Origin: Promethearchaeota archaeon
Lineage (GTDB): Archaea > Asgardarchaeota > Heimdallarchaeia > Hodarchaeales > Hodarchaeaceae
Length of the DNA stretch: 64,000 nucleotides
Assembly: GCA_048938105.1 (NCBI GenBank)
Contig: JBHLMN010000018.1
Location: 64,001-128,000 of the forward strand
Direction of reading: 5' to 3'
The position numbers and the translations under genes are program-made. The notes beneath the pieces are model-generated. The model was not told where the DNA came from, did no database searches, and was given only the letters and a program-made list of their open reading frames with translations. Shown here one piece after another: positions 49,905 to 61,286 of the stretch (positions within the stretch are counted from its first letter, which is position 1; every line of letters begins with the position of its first letter).

Positions 49905-50495
49905 CTATCTACGCCTGTTATTGTATTTACGGCCAATAACAATTACTGTAACAACAATCACCACTATCCACCCTTCAATACTAGGCTTATAATCAGGTAC
50001 AGTTATAACTTGATCTGCTTCTTGTGCTCCATTTGTAATCAATCGAGTATATCCTATTATGTGAATATTATCGCCACCAGCAGTCACCCCTGGATTAGAA
50101 AATGCAACTTGGGCCCTTCCACTTCGAGAAAAAGCAAATGTCTTATTATACGCTGATGATTGGGGTGAAAGCCCTTCAAATGTCACTTCATATTCCTCAT
50201 CATGAAAAAATAATCTTAAATCGATAGACGATCTATCAATCATAAAATACACTTGTATTGCATCTGATCTTGTCAAATCATAACTTTTGGCATAGCTATC
50301 CTGATCTTCAAGTGTTCTATTAATTTCATCCGCTCCTTCAGGATATTCATCAATAGACGATCGTATATTTGTGGTTTTGAAATATGTGCCTTTAACTATT
50401 GGATAGACTGTATTAGTGCTGCTGTAGATTGAATTAATAGGTAGAGCTACGAACGGAATTATTATACAGAAAAGAAAGATTCTTACATTTCGCAT
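49905..50495 (-). CDS. small secreted surface protein with EGW-type C-terminal anchor
   Basis: Signal peptide; beta-rich body; SIEGW + hydrophobic helix + RKYNNRRR. Confidence 0.7.
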   Translation of the reverse strand: MRNVRIFLFCIIIPFVALPINSIYSSTNTVYPIVKGTYFKTTNIRSSIDEYPEGADEINRTLEDQDSYAKSYDLTRSDAIQVYFMIDRSSIDLRLFFHDEEYEVTFEGLSPQSSAYNKTFAFSRSGRAQVAFSNPGVTAGGDNIHIIGYTRLITNGAQEADQVITVPDYKPSIEGWIVVIVVTVIVIGRKYNNRRR

Positions 50496-50838
50496 AGTTG
50501 TATGAGGTCATTTACCAACTATAAATATTATTTGTACAAAAATTAATATGTCCTTTAAGAAGAGTTACTAGGAATAAAAATCATTATTATAAAGTCTTTA
50601 TTTCAGCGTTAGTTGCTGACAACATGAAAAATTAATTCATTTGGATAATAATAAATTTTCCTAAAGATTTGGAGCTGATACTAAATAACTAGTGTCAAAA
50701 AGCTGCAATTTTTGAGAAAAAGGAAAATGACCATAATTATGAGGTTTTTTTTTTAGAATAGTGAGATAAAATGCTAATAAAAATCATTAATTATATTTAT
50801 CGATTTGAGGATAATTAGCATTAATGGAGTCACTTTAG

Positions 50839-51423
50839 GTGAATAATAATAGCTTAAAAATTCCGTCTCAATTTGAAACTGAAAGGTTGATTTTACGTCC
50901 TTATAAAGAACAAGATAGCTCTGATTTTTTACGTATGTTAAATAATGGAAATAGAGAATATTTGAAAGAATTATTAGGAGATATTTCTCAAATTACTGAT
51001 GAAACAAAAATCAAACATTGGTTACGGGAGTTATCTGATTCTTGGTTTGCACATAAACTATTCGTTTTGAGTTTTTGGGAAAAGAAATCAGTTCTTTACT
51101 TAGGTCATATCTGGATTCAACCGATTAATTGGGATCTACCTTATTTTGAAATAGGGTGGTTTGTGGAAAAAAACCATCAAGGCTTAGGCTTTGTAACTGA
51201 AGCTGCTATAGAATCGATTAAGTTCATCTTTAAGCATCTGAATGCTCATAACATTAGAGTACGAGTGAGAGAACATCCCCCTTACCATTTAAAGAGTAAA
51301 AGAATAGCTGAGAGATGTGGATTCAAAAAAGAAGGTTTTCTTCGCGATACCGTCAAACTTGAAGAGGGAACGATATTTGGAGAAACCTATTTCGGACTAT
51401 TAAGAGAAGAATTTGAGTTCTAA
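50839..51423 (+). CDS. GNAT N-acetyltransferase (RimJ/RimL-like)
   Basis: FETERLILRP, EIGWF...QGLGFVTEA, S.RIAERCGF..EG.LR. Confidence 0.9.
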   Translation: MNNNSLKIPSQFETERLILRPYKEQDSSDFLRMLNNGNREYLKELLGDISQITDETKIKHWLRELSDSWFAHKLFVLSFWEKKSVLYLGHIWIQPINWDLPYFEIGWFVEKNHQGLGFVTEAAIESIKFIFKHLNAHNIRVRVREHPPYHLKSKRIAERCGFKKEGFLRDTVKLEEGTIFGETYFGLLREEFEF

Positions 51424-51492
51424 TCCTTACTTTGATTCGCTATAAGGAAAAATAAATTAAAAATTGCCAACTATTACGATGAGGAAGAAAAA

Positions 51493-53163
51493 TTGAGGAA
51501 CTTTAAACCATTAAACCTTTTTTCTGATTGGGTTACAAACAAACTCAATTCATTATCACTAGAAGAAAAAATTGGCCAACTACTTCACCCTAACATTAAT
51601 CCTGCGTCATCTCCTTCTGAAATTAAGGAGCTTCTATTAGGTGTTGATGTTGGCGGTGTATTTCTTTTTCCTGGTACTGCTGAAAATTACTCAAAAACAA
51701 TCGATTTTCTTCAACAGCATTTTAACACCCCGGTCATCATTTCATCAGACTTGGAAAACGGACCAGGTCGAACGATTCAGGGGGCAACAGTTTTTCCTGA
51801 TCTTATGTCCTTATCCGCCACTGATGATGAAACACTTGCTTATAGCATGGGTCGATCTAGTGCTCTCGAAGGACGATCTTATGGAGTTCATTGGGCCTTT
51901 GGACCAGTTGTTGATGTTAATGTTAACCCAAATAATCCCATAACGAATACCCGTAGCCTTGGTGATAATCCAGATAAAATTAGTCGATTATCTTGTTCAT
52001 TAATTCGAGGCATGCAAGAAAACGGCCTATGTGCTACCATTAAGCATTTTCCAGGTGATGGTTTGGACGATCGGGATCCACATATCTGTACCGTTGTTAA
52101 TCCATTATCACAGGATGATTGGTTTAAGATTAGTGGGAAAACATTTCAAGCCGCAATAGATCTTGGAGTGTGGTCTGTAATGATCGGTCATATTTCACTT
52201 CCAGCATTTGAAACTAATAATGAACCAAATATCCCAGCACAAGTGAGTAAAGCGCTTATCACTGATTTGTTACGTAATAAGATGGGGTTTGATGGGCTAA
52301 TAATCACAGATGCAATTGAGATGGCTGGTTTAAGAAGTTTTAAACCAATCGATGAGATCCTGGTTGATACGATTAATGCTGGATGTGACATGATATTGTT
52401 TTCCGAGATGAAGAGAGATTTTACTATTCTAAAAAAGGCTGTTGAAGAAAAGAAAATCCCTATAGAACGCATTGATGATGCAGTAAGAAGAATTCTTTCT
52501 CTAAAGGAGACATTAGGATTACATAAAGATGTTGAACCTAAAAAAGTTGGGAAAGATGAATTAAATTCCTTTAGACAAATGAGTCAATCAATAGCAGAAA
52601 AAGCAATAACAATGGTAAAAAATGATAAAAACCTAATCCCACTTAATCTTAAAAAAGGATCAAAACTTCTATCCTTTCACATTAGAAATAGTCCAGAAAA
52701 TAATGTTGATTTGCTCGACGAGCTACTTAAAAACGAAGGATATAAGATAACAAGAAAAACAGAACTCGATGAAAAGACTTTTCCTCTTTTTGACAAATTA
52801 AATCAGTATGAATTGATATTGGTAAATATTGTATTTAAACCAACCTGGGGACTGGGGAGAATCCGAATAGGTGGGTCATTCATGCGTAAACTATGGTTTA
52901 TGATGAATACTCATCGAGAAAGAATGATTATCACATCATTTGGTTCACCATATGTTCTATATGATCTTCCTTGGGTTGATACTTACATCAATGCTTATTC
53001 ACCCGATATAAACACCCAAAAATCAGTTGTTGATATTCTATTAGGAAGAAAAGAAGCTATTGGAACAAGTCCAGTCGATATTTTCCGTGCAGAGAAAATG
53101 AAGAGCTATGAAGCAACCATTTATAGAGAGTTGACTAAAACTGGTTGCGAAAAGAGGGTCTAA
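51493..53163 (+). CDS. GH3 glycoside hydrolase (beta-N-acetylhexosaminidase-like)
   Basis: LSLEEKIGQL, SDLENG, PVVDV..NP.NP.TNTRS, KHFPGDG, GFDGLIITDA; C-terminal GH3 domain SFGSPY. Confidence 0.9.
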   Translation: MRNFKPLNLFSDWVTNKLNSLSLEEKIGQLLHPNINPASSPSEIKELLLGVDVGGVFLFPGTAENYSKTIDFLQQHFNTPVIISSDLENGPGRTIQGATVFPDLMSLSATDDETLAYSMGRSSALEGRSYGVHWAFGPVVDVNVNPNNPITNTRSLGDNPDKISRLSCSLIRGMQENGLCATIKHFPGDGLDDRDPHICTVVNPLSQDDWFKISGKTFQAAIDLGVWSVMIGHISLPAFETNNEPNIPAQVSKALITDLLRNKMGFDGLIITDAIEMAGLRSFKPIDEILVDTINAGCDMILFSEMKRDFTILKKAVEEKKIPIERIDDAVRRILSLKETLGLHKDVEPKKVGKDELNSFRQMSQSIAEKAITMVKNDKNLIPLNLKKGSKLLSFHIRNSPENNVDLLDELLKNEGYKITRKTELDEKTFPLFDKLNQYELILVNIVFKPTWGLGRIRIGGSFMRKLWFMMNTHRERMIITSFGSPYVLYDLPWVDTYINAYSPDINTQKSVVDILLGRKEAIGTSPVDIFRAEKMKSYEATIYRELTKTGCEKRV

Positions 53164-53620
53164 AATTATAAAAAAAATGTATTAAGGGTATATCAGTATC
53201 TTAATGTTCAAAAATCCGAATATTAGGGTCTGATGTCTGTTTCTTCCCATGATTCATATTTTCAAGCCAATATCAAGAATCATTATCGCGGGGTGAAGAA
53301 GAGATGAACAATATTTCATGTTTAGACTGTTCTAGGTCAATAGCTCTATTTTAACTATTACTGCTGGATTACGCAAACAAGACAATCATTTCATGTCTCA
53401 TTCATACTACCTGATTGACAACCAATGATAAAGACAAAATTGAGAATCAAACAATTCCTCTTATTCTGTATACTTACGCTCTAATGGCCATTATTTTCAA
53501 GAGGTAAAGTTTTAGAATTGAAATACGTTATCAGATGATATTTATTATTTTCTAATGTAGTGACCCAAAAATCAAACCACTTCCATAAATCAAGATTCAC
53601 ATCCAAGGTGTTGAAGGAAA

Positions 53621-56600
53621 ATGTCATCCCAGGTTATTCCGTCAATAGATAAGAAAATAGTTTTGAATGTGACAATGTTAATCCTTTTATTTCAGCTTTT
53701 ATGGATTTCAAGAATCATTATCATTAAAACTAATAGTTTTCAAGCAGATAATGGATACCATATGGAACCACTCATCGAAAACACCGAGTTATATGAGGTC
53801 ATTGATGAAACGTTGGGAGGGTTTTCAGCTGGATTCTTAGAATATCATGGTGAACCTAACTCTGAAATAACTTACTATATCCAAAGTTCTGGAATGTTTG
53901 TTGCTTTTGGGAGAAAACAAGTAAAAATAGAAGTAAAGTCGCCAAAACAGAAGTATTTCCAAGAAGATAACAGATCTTTGTTACCAAAGCAGATGAATAA
54001 GGAGTCTATTATCACATCTGCTAGCATAGAGTTTGTTGATTGCAATCCTGTTAATCCTGTGGCTGAAATTCTAACTAGTGCATCTGTTAATTTCCTCATC
54101 GGAGACGATCCATCACAATGGCGAAGTTATTCTTACTATAAACAAATTGCTTTCTATAATCTATACAATCACATTGATTTGAAATACATAATCCACGAAG
54201 GCCAATTAAAGTATGAGTTCTTTGTGTATCCTGGAGGCAACGTTGAGGATATAAAACTGCGATGGATTGGGCCAGTTTCATTGTCTTTACGTCCAAACGG
54301 GATGAACATTAGATTAAAAACTTCTACAAATAATATAAACATTATTGATACTGTACCAGTCAGTTATCAATCTTTATCCCGAAAAAGACCAATCCATGGG
54401 GATTTTCAAAAACTGGATCGAACTACTTATGGTTTCAAAATATCTACTTATGATAAAGCCAAGTTACTGATCATTGACCCGACATTGCTTGCTTTTTCGA
54501 CTTATATTAGTGGAGATAATTCTGACGCCGCTTATTCGATTGCACGTGATTCTGAGGGAAATATTTATATTACAGGATCTACATCTTCTACTGATTTTCC
54601 AACAAAGAATTATATTGAACAAGATGATGGCCAGACAGATGTTTTCGTCACCAAATTGAATTCAACTGGCAATGGACTTATCTATTCAACATATGTTGGT
54701 GGTTCCAGTAATGAAATTGGTAATTCAATTGCTATTGATTCAAATCATAATGCGTATGTCACTGGATACACTCTTTCAGATGATTTTCCTAAAGTCAATT
54801 CTTACGATGATACAAGGAATGGATTAGATATCTTTGTGTTTAAATTAAGTTCTAATGGAAACAGCTTGGATTATTGTACGTATATTGGGGGAAACGAAAA
54901 TTTCTTTGAACAAGGATATGCTATTGCGGTAGATGCAGGTGGATATGCCTATGTAACTGGGGAGACAGACGCAACTGATGCTAGTTTTCCTATGTTGAAT
55001 GCATTTCAAGAAAGAACAAATTCAAGCGATGTAAGGACAGATGCTTTCATACTGAAACTCAATCCAACTGGTACTAATTTAATCTATTCAAGCTATCTAG
55101 GGGGGAGTGAAGACGATAGAGGTAACGCCATTGCTATCGATTCAGATGGAAATGCTTATATTACAGGTGAAACAAAATCAAATGATTTTCTGACAACTTC
55201 GGGGACTTATGATGATGGAAATGGAGATGGTTGGGATACTTACTACGATGTTTTTGTATCTAAAGTTGGCTTTGATGGTTTTTCTTCTGAATTATTGAAA
55301 TCAACATATGTGAGTGGGACAGATACCTTTGGGGACAATGAAATAGGTCAGGGAATTGCAATCGATGAAGATGGGTATGTTTTTGTTACTGGGTATACAG
55401 ACGGAAACGATTGGCCAGTTAAGAATGCATATGATCCTGATGGTCATATTAGTTATGAGGATGCGTTTGTTTTTAAAATGAATCCGAGTTTCGATGATTT
55501 TGCATATTCAACATATATAGCAGGAAACCATCGAGATTATGGGGAAGCAATAGCTTTAGATGACATAGGAAATGCTTATATTACTGGAAAAACATATTCG
55601 ACTACTTTTCCAGTTGTAGATGCATTTAATAACACAGGTGATCAGAGTACTTCTTATTATGATATTTTTGTATGCAAATTAAACGCTTTTGGAAATGACT
55701 TAGGATATTCAACGTATATTAGTGGGAGTAGATCTGATGAAGCTTATGGAATCGTTGTTGATCAATATTATACTGCTTACATCTGTGGTTCTACTACATC
55801 AAGTGATTTTCCTATGGTTAACGCGTATGCAGGCGATGGTGTATCTACCGATGTAATCATTACTGCCATTGATACAAATCCACCCAACATAAATTCTCCT
55901 GAAGATATAACTTATGATGAAGGAGACACAGGAAACACCATTAAATGGTTTGCAAACGATTCTATTCCAGAACGTTATTCTATTGAAAAGAATTCAGGTG
56001 AAATTCAAAGTGAGGATTGGACAAGTGATACCCAGATCTCTATCAACGTTGACGGCTTGTCTCATGGAGTATATAACTATACAATAATTATATGGGACCA
56101 AGCAGGCCACTTTTCAAGTGATACAGTTATAGTTACCGTGAAAGAACATCCCTATGTTACTTGGCCAAATGAGATTCAAAATCTGAAAGGTGGGTTAACA
56201 AATAAGACAGAGTGGAATTGGCAACCGTCTATAACAAATGCTCTTTCAATGGAATTATGGTTTAATGATCAATCTCAAGGGAAGAAAACCTCGCCATCAT
56301 ATAGTTGGTCAGTTTCCTTAGATGAGGGAGAAAATAATATTACAATCCTCGCATATTTTGATGTCACTGAGCAAATATCTCTAAAAGAAGTGTTTATCGT
56401 CAGATGTGATACAACACCCCCCTCAATCACTCTGAAAAGTCCTGATGAGAATGGTGTTTATCAACATGATACTACCATTACCATAGAATTCTCTAGCGAC
56501 ACAGATCAGTGGTATTACTACTGGGATGATGGCACTTATACTTTGACAACAGATTTAACATTTGATTTGCCAACTCCTGATGGATCACATCAACTAAATA

Positions 56601-57181
56601 TCAAAGCAATAGATTATGCAAGCAATAACCAAAATAATAGTTTTTCCTTTATTACAGACGATACTCCACCCACTGCTGAAATACACGGAATTACTGATTA
56701 TAGTACGGTTTCAGGAATTAAATCAATTCGGGTTGTACCTTATGACGATAATGATATAGACTATGTTGCGTTCTATATTGACAACCAACTATTAAAGAAA
56801 GAAACAACTTCTACTGTGAGTGGTTACGTGTGGAATTGGAAAACCAAGGATGCAGTTAATGGGGAACATCTTGTAAGCATTGAAGTTGTCGATGAGGCGG
56901 GAAATGAATTTTCTAAAACATTCACCATCACAGTGGATAATCCAGTTGAAAATGGGGAACTTACTGATGAAATCGATCCAGGATTAGTGCTTGGAGTTGC
57001 TACTGCAATTGTAATTCCTATTGCGGGTTTTGTCTATTACAAATCATTTAATTTTCGTCACAGGGGCGTCATCAAGGCTTATATGAAGAAAAATATGACA
57101 ATAAAAGAAATTGCTAAGATGAAAGGGAAAAATACACGCCAAATCCGAGAAATATTACGAAAAGCAAAGAAATTAAAATAA
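53621..57181 (+). CDS. SBBP beta-propeller surface protein with Ig-like domains, TM and cytoplasmic HTH-like tail
   Basis: N-terminal hydrophobic helix; GDDPSQW...LKYEFFV.PG N-domain; repeated YSTY.GG...IA.D..GNAY.TG.T.S.DFP; DTTPP Ig-like domains; TM; MTIKEIAKMKGKNTRQIREIL. Confidence 0.85.
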   Translation: MSSQVIPSIDKKIVLNVTMLILLFQLLWISRIIIIKTNSFQADNGYHMEPLIENTELYEVIDETLGGFSAGFLEYHGEPNSEITYYIQSSGMFVAFGRKQVKIEVKSPKQKYFQEDNRSLLPKQMNKESIITSASIEFVDCNPVNPVAEILTSASVNFLIGDDPSQWRSYSYYKQIAFYNLYNHIDLKYIIHEGQLKYEFFVYPGGNVEDIKLRWIGPVSLSLRPNGMNIRLKTSTNNINIIDTVPVSYQSLSRKRPIHGDFQKLDRTTYGFKISTYDKAKLLIIDPTLLAFSTYISGDNSDAAYSIARDSEGNIYITGSTSSTDFPTKNYIEQDDGQTDVFVTKLNSTGNGLIYSTYVGGSSNEIGNSIAIDSNHNAYVTGYTLSDDFPKVNSYDDTRNGLDIFVFKLSSNGNSLDYCTYIGGNENFFEQGYAIAVDAGGYAYVTGETDATDASFPMLNAFQERTNSSDVRTDAFILKLNPTGTNLIYSSYLGGSEDDRGNAIAIDSDGNAYITGETKSNDFLTTSGTYDDGNGDGWDTYYDVFVSKVGFDGFSSELLKSTYVSGTDTFGDNEIGQGIAIDEDGYVFVTGYTDGNDWPVKNAYDPDGHISYEDAFVFKMNPSFDDFAYSTYIAGNHRDYGEAIALDDIGNAYITGKTYSTTFPVVDAFNNTGDQSTSYYDIFVCKLNAFGNDLGYSTYISGSRSDEAYGIVVDQYYTAYICGSTTSSDFPMVNAYAGDGVSTDVIITAIDTNPPNINSPEDITYDEGDTGNTIKWFANDSIPERYSIEKNSGEIQSEDWTSDTQISINVDGLSHGVYNYTIIIWDQAGHFSSDTVIVTVKEHPYVTWPNEIQNLKGGLTNKTEWNWQPSITNALSMELWFNDQSQGKKTSPSYSWSVSLDEGENNITILAYFDVTEQISLKEVFIVRCDTTPPSITLKSPDENGVYQHDTTITIEFSSDTDQWYYYWDDGTYTLTTDLTFDLPTPDGSHQLNIKAIDYASNNQNNSFSFITDDTPPTAEIHGITDYSTVSGIKSIRVVPYDDNDIDYVAFYIDNQLLKKETTSTVSGYVWNWKTKDAVNGEHLVSIEVVDEAGNEFSKTFTITVDNPVENGELTDEIDPGLVLGVATAIVIPIAGFVYYKSFNFRHRGVIKAYMKKNMTIKEIAKMKGKNTRQIREILRKAKKLK

Positions 57182-57262
57182 GATCAAAAAGATTCAGCAA
57201 AATGGATGGTGGTTTTATTTCTATCCCTTAGGGATTCCTCTTCATACAATCAACTACTTTAC

Positions 57263-58255
57263 TTAACTTATCTCGTGTTTAAATTCATCATATGCCCAAC
57301 CTAAGCCAACTGCTTTATATGCTTCCACTAAGCGAAATATAACACTAAAAAATAAAGAGATAACAAGAGGTGTGAAAGTCTGAAGACTAGGACTAAACAT
57401 TCTAAAGAAGCCTCCAATTATAAGATAAAGCACCGCAATGAAGAGGAGGATTAATCCCGTAGTTGTAGCTAAGTATTTCCGTGCGAATTTCTGGGATCGG
57501 TTGAGTCCAAATCCAGGGATATTGTCAAAGACAATCGACATTCTTACATAAGTAAAAAGGACAAAAAAAAATAACCCGATGATGAACACACCAAAAATTA
57601 CAGGAATAAGAAAAGCATAGAGCATTATTGCAGCAGGATTAATAGGCATCTCTGTACTTTCATATTGAGGAAAGATGGATGCTATAATTTCCCATCCTAT
57701 TAAAGCACTGCTAAAATATATACTCATACCAACAATTAAGATGATTCCGATAGCAATTGTTTCGGCTACAACTGCCCTAGGTAGGAATCGGAGAGAATCG
57801 TTAAGACTACTGACAAGATAGGTTTCTACCCCATTTCTCCTGATTTGTTTGAGGCAAGAGTAATACCAACAATGAATGAAAGTGCCAAAAATAATTGTAA
57901 ATACAATATTTAACCAAAGAATGGGGATTCCTAGGAGAATCGTAGAAGAATTATCAACCGGTGCAGGAATCGAATTCCACAAAAGAAAAGCGAAAAGATC
58001 GAAAACTGATGTTGGAACCAACCCAAATAATATTAAGACCCAATCTATACAAATAGCTACTAAACAAATTAAAAACAAGTGAGGATAGGTCTTGAAATAG
58101 AAAAATCCTGTACGAAGTGTGTTTATACTATTTAAGGTAATTCTCTCCTTTTCGGGAGTTAATGGTTGTTGATCTGTAACCTTATTCAAATAGTAAACCC
58201 ACCTTTGAGGGATTTTAATGTTCATCGGAATTATATGTGTTTTTTGGATGAACAA
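57263..58255 (-). CDS. hypothetical polytopic membrane protein
   Basis: 330-aa ORF with ~6 TM; GGAGG SD before TTG. Confidence 0.65.
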   Translation of the reverse strand: MFIQKTHIIPMNIKIPQRWVYYLNKVTDQQPLTPEKERITLNSINTLRTGFFYFKTYPHLFLICLVAICIDWVLILFGLVPTSVFDLFAFLLWNSIPAPVDNSSTILLGIPILWLNIVFTIIFGTFIHCWYYSCLKQIRRNGVETYLVSSLNDSLRFLPRAVVAETIAIGIILIVGMSIYFSSALIGWEIIASIFPQYESTEMPINPAAIMLYAFLIPVIFGVFIIGLFFFVLFTYVRMSIVFDNIPGFGLNRSQKFARKYLATTTGLILLFIAVLYLIIGGFFRMFSPSLQTFTPLVISLFFSVIFRLVEAYKAVGLGWAYDEFKHEIS

Positions 58256-58425
58256 TTTCCTCCTTTCTTATCTTAGAAGATAATCTATTCGTACGAGTAT
58301 AAGACCGATAATTACAAAGGTAAGATTGATTACACATATCATACAAATGAATATGGCTCTTGTCTGTGTGAATCGATTCATTCTTTTTCTCTTTTCAAAG
58401 ATTTTATCCTTTATCTAAATACTGA

Positions 58426-59760
58426 TTACTTAAGTTTAGCTCCACAATTAGTACAAAATTTCCCTTGGCCAGTCTGTACTCCACAAAAAGGACAAATAGA
58501 GCTTTTCATGTGTGCTTCCTGTAGGGATCGTGACACTGTTGAGGGATAATATTGTCTGGGACGGACCCTAGCGATTAAACTCTTAACCACAAATATACCT
58601 CCACATAGACATATACCTAATCCTCCTCCGTATATCGCCAAGAAGAATAAGAGTATATAAAAGCCACCAAGCTCATCTGGGTAAGGTCTTGTCTCCTGAG
58701 GTACTTCAATTCCAAAAACATTAATAGTAGAACCAACAGAAGCATTCCAGATTCTAACAGTATGATCAGCTGACCCTGAAGCTATTCTTTCTCCGTCAGG
58801 ACTCCATCTCACGGAAAATACTTCACCACTGTGACCAACTAAAGTCATACTTGGCTCATTTGTGTATGTTACATTGAGTGATGATAGATTCCACATTTTT
58901 ATGGTATTATCCCCATCTTTACCACGATATTCGTCTCCACCCCCTAATGCTATCATATTCCCATCTTTGTTCCATGAAACTGAATGTACGCTCATAGAAC
59001 TTTGTAAATGATATAATAAAGTACCACTAGTGATATTTTGGATAAATACACTACAACCACCAGGATATATCACATCACCCATGACACGATGAGTAGCGAT
59101 TGCTAACTTTTTATTATCTGGACTCCAAGTAACTTCATTAACAGAAGGCATAAGACTAAAAGTCTGAATTACAGAATTATTAGAAAAATCAAAAATTGAA
59201 ACATCACCGTTTCTATTTTCATAGGCAAGTTTTTGTCCGTCAGAACTCCATTCTACACTATTATGCCAATAAGTTCCATTTATTTCGTGAAGTACGTCCC
59301 CTGTTGAAGCATTAATAATCTCAATAACTTTAGAAAAAGCTATTGCGAGCTTATCACCATCAGGATGCCAAGCTACAGAAGAAACCATATTATTAGAGTC
59401 GTCTGAATATAAACTACCACGATATGTCAAAATTGTCTCACTTCTCGCCAAAGCCAGAATAGCCACACCTCCCTCTTCAGAACCAATGGCTAAATACAAT
59501 CCATCTGGACTCCAATCTACTGACAGAATTGGTGATTCCATATCTATTTTTGATATTACTGAATAATCAAGAGCATCCCAGATTATCACTGTTTCATCAG
59601 TAGAACCAGAGGCAAGTTTTATCCCATCTGGGTGCCAATCGACGGCTGTTACACTATCAAGGTGGCCTTCTTGATCATTATGACCAGTTTGTGTTTTTGT
59701 CACTAAGATTGAAAGAAAGATAATGATTAAAAAGGTTATTACTAGTTTCTTAGTTAGCAA
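58426..59760 (-). CDS. secreted WD40 beta-propeller with TM and C-terminal zinc ribbon
   Basis: Signal peptide; [25 protein letters not shown] repeats; TM near the C-terminus; CPFCG...FCTNCG. Confidence 0.88.
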   Translation of the reverse strand: MLTKKLVITFLIIIFLSILVTKTQTGHNDQEGHLDSVTAVDWHPDGIKLASGSTDETVIIWDALDYSVISKIDMESPILSVDWSPDGLYLAIGSEEGGVAILALARSETILTYRGSLYSDDSNNMVSSVAWHPDGDKLAIAFSKVIEIINASTGDVLHEINGTYWHNSVEWSSDGQKLAYENRNGDVSIFDFSNNSVIQTFSLMPSVNEVTWSPDNKKLAIATHRVMGDVIYPGGCSVFIQNITSGTLLYHLQSSMSVHSVSWNKDGNMIALGGGDEYRGKDGDNTIKMWNLSSLNVTYTNEPSMTLVGHSGEVFSVRWSPDGERIASGSADHTVRIWNASVGSTINVFGIEVPQETRPYPDELGGFYILLFFLAIYGGGLGICLCGGIFVVKSLIARVRPRQYYPSTVSRSLQEAHMKSSICPFCGVQTGQGKFCTNCGAKLK

Positions 59761-60025
59761 ATAAAATTCTCCTTTTTTGAAAAAGAAGGAGGTTTTTGAT
59801 TTACCTGCATTCCCTACTTTTTTCTTTAAACATCATTGAGGATTAAAAATATACTCCTATTTATTGCGATGCTTTCGATTCATAACCAAGAGTACAATTC
59901 TTCTAATTCTCCTTATATATTTCTTTCCCAATCTATATGGATATAATTTTAAAACTTCGTCATTTAAATAATAAAGATCCCGTATATCACTCTAATACTT
60001 GTTGCTAAAACTTTTATACCAGATC

Positions 60026-60071
60026 AAAACTGTTTGCCAAGCATATAGAGAGGGATAATTAGTACCAGTAG
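60026..60071 (+). repeat. 46-bp direct repeat, copy 1
   Basis: aaaactgtttgccaagcatatagagagggataattagtaccagtag; 3 mismatches to 61535..61580. Confidence 0.85.
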
Positions 60072-60218
60072 TACAAATACGATCTATGTCGAGATCAGTT
60101 GAATCCAGTATGATCAACAATGAGGAGGCTAATCTTTATGATTTAAGAGAAATTATATAAACAATTTCTGTTAAAAGGAACTTACTGAATGAGAATAATC
60201 AATTAAAGTGATTTAATT

Positions 60219-61286
60219 TTGAAATTTAGCAAAGAATTAGTACTTGCAATTATCTTTTCAATAATTTTTACACTAGGATTAATGAATGCGATATTTATGC
60301 TTGTAGAAATTAGTGATCAAGTTCTATCATCTTATAATCCTGATCCTTGGCCTTCTCACCCAGAATATGTTCCAAACTATAATGCTATTGTAGAAACATT
60401 AACTCCTGTTGGTTATTTTGCTTTTTTTCTCTCAATCATGCTTATTATCCTAGGATTTATTATAAAAAGATTTAAACTCTCATTTTTAGGGGCTATTTCT
60501 TTATATCTTCCTATTTTTGCAAACTTTGCTTTTATAATGTTTACTTTTGCAGGTATTGGTCTCATACGTATAATTTGGATTATATTACTTGATGATAATC
60601 CACAAGTTCTTATGCTAGGAGATATTATTTTATTACCTGAATATGTCATTCAATCTATAGAAGGTATACTGAGTTTCTGGATCAATTTACTTCAATTATT
60701 TGGTATTCCAGATGGAGTGATATCTTTTTTTTATCTACTATACGAATTACCCAACCTACTGAGGTTTACACTCATAGTTCTTATGTTCATCCTAACTTTC
60801 ATTGGATTGAGTATTTTTATATTTAGTGTCTTTAATTGGTTCTATGGAAAATTTAAAGGACATGAAATAATTGATTTTTGGATCTACAAATATTCACGAC
60901 ATCCTCAATATTTAGGTTTTCTAATATCAACTTATGGATTAACAGCATTCCTTCAACCTGGCTATGGGACATATGTCCCTAATCCAACCTTTTTCTGGAT
61001 AGTAACTTCTTTAATTCTGATAGCAATCGCAATTCGTGAGGAAAATACTTTATTAAAAGCGCAATCAAACTTCTATCTATCTTGGAGAGAGAAAACTCCC
61101 TTTTTAATCCATGTTCCTAATAAAATTTCTTTCTATCTACTTAAACCTGTGAAAAGAGTCATTGCTAAGGAATGGCCCGAAACTGATAAAGAAATATTAG
61201 TCACAATTCTTGTATATGGATCCATTTTAGTATTCCTAACAATAGTTTTAGCTATTATAGTGGGACTCATATCTACATTAAGATAA
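60219..61286 (+). CDS. ICMT/PEMT-family integral membrane methyltransferase-like protein
   Basis: IYKYSRHPQYLG, AIREENTL, Y..W...TPFL motifs; multi-TM. Confidence 0.75.
   Translation: MKFSKELVLAIIFSIIFTLGLMNAIFMLVEISDQVLSSYNPDPWPSHPEYVPNYNAIVETLTPVGYFAFFLSIMLIILGFIIKRFKLSFLGAISLYLPIFANFAFIMFTFAGIGLIRIIWIILLDDNPQVLMLGDIILLPEYVIQSIEGILSFWINLLQLFGIPDGVISFFYLLYELPNLLRFTLIVLMFILTFIGLSIFIFSVFNWFYGKFKGHEIIDFWIYKYSRHPQYLGFLISTYGLTAFLQPGYGTYVPNPTFFWIVTSLILIAIAIREENTLLKAQSNFYLSWREKTPFLIHVPNKISFYLLKPVKRVIAKEWPETDKEILVTILVYGSILVFLTIVLAIIVGLISTLR

Noticed and set aside
60219-61286. Eukaryote-like CaaX prenylation/methylation pathway
   Set aside because: The RHPxY/EE motif is shared by the broad ICMT/PEMT superfamily common in prokaryotes, and no CaaX-ending substrate or prenyltransferase is in the window.
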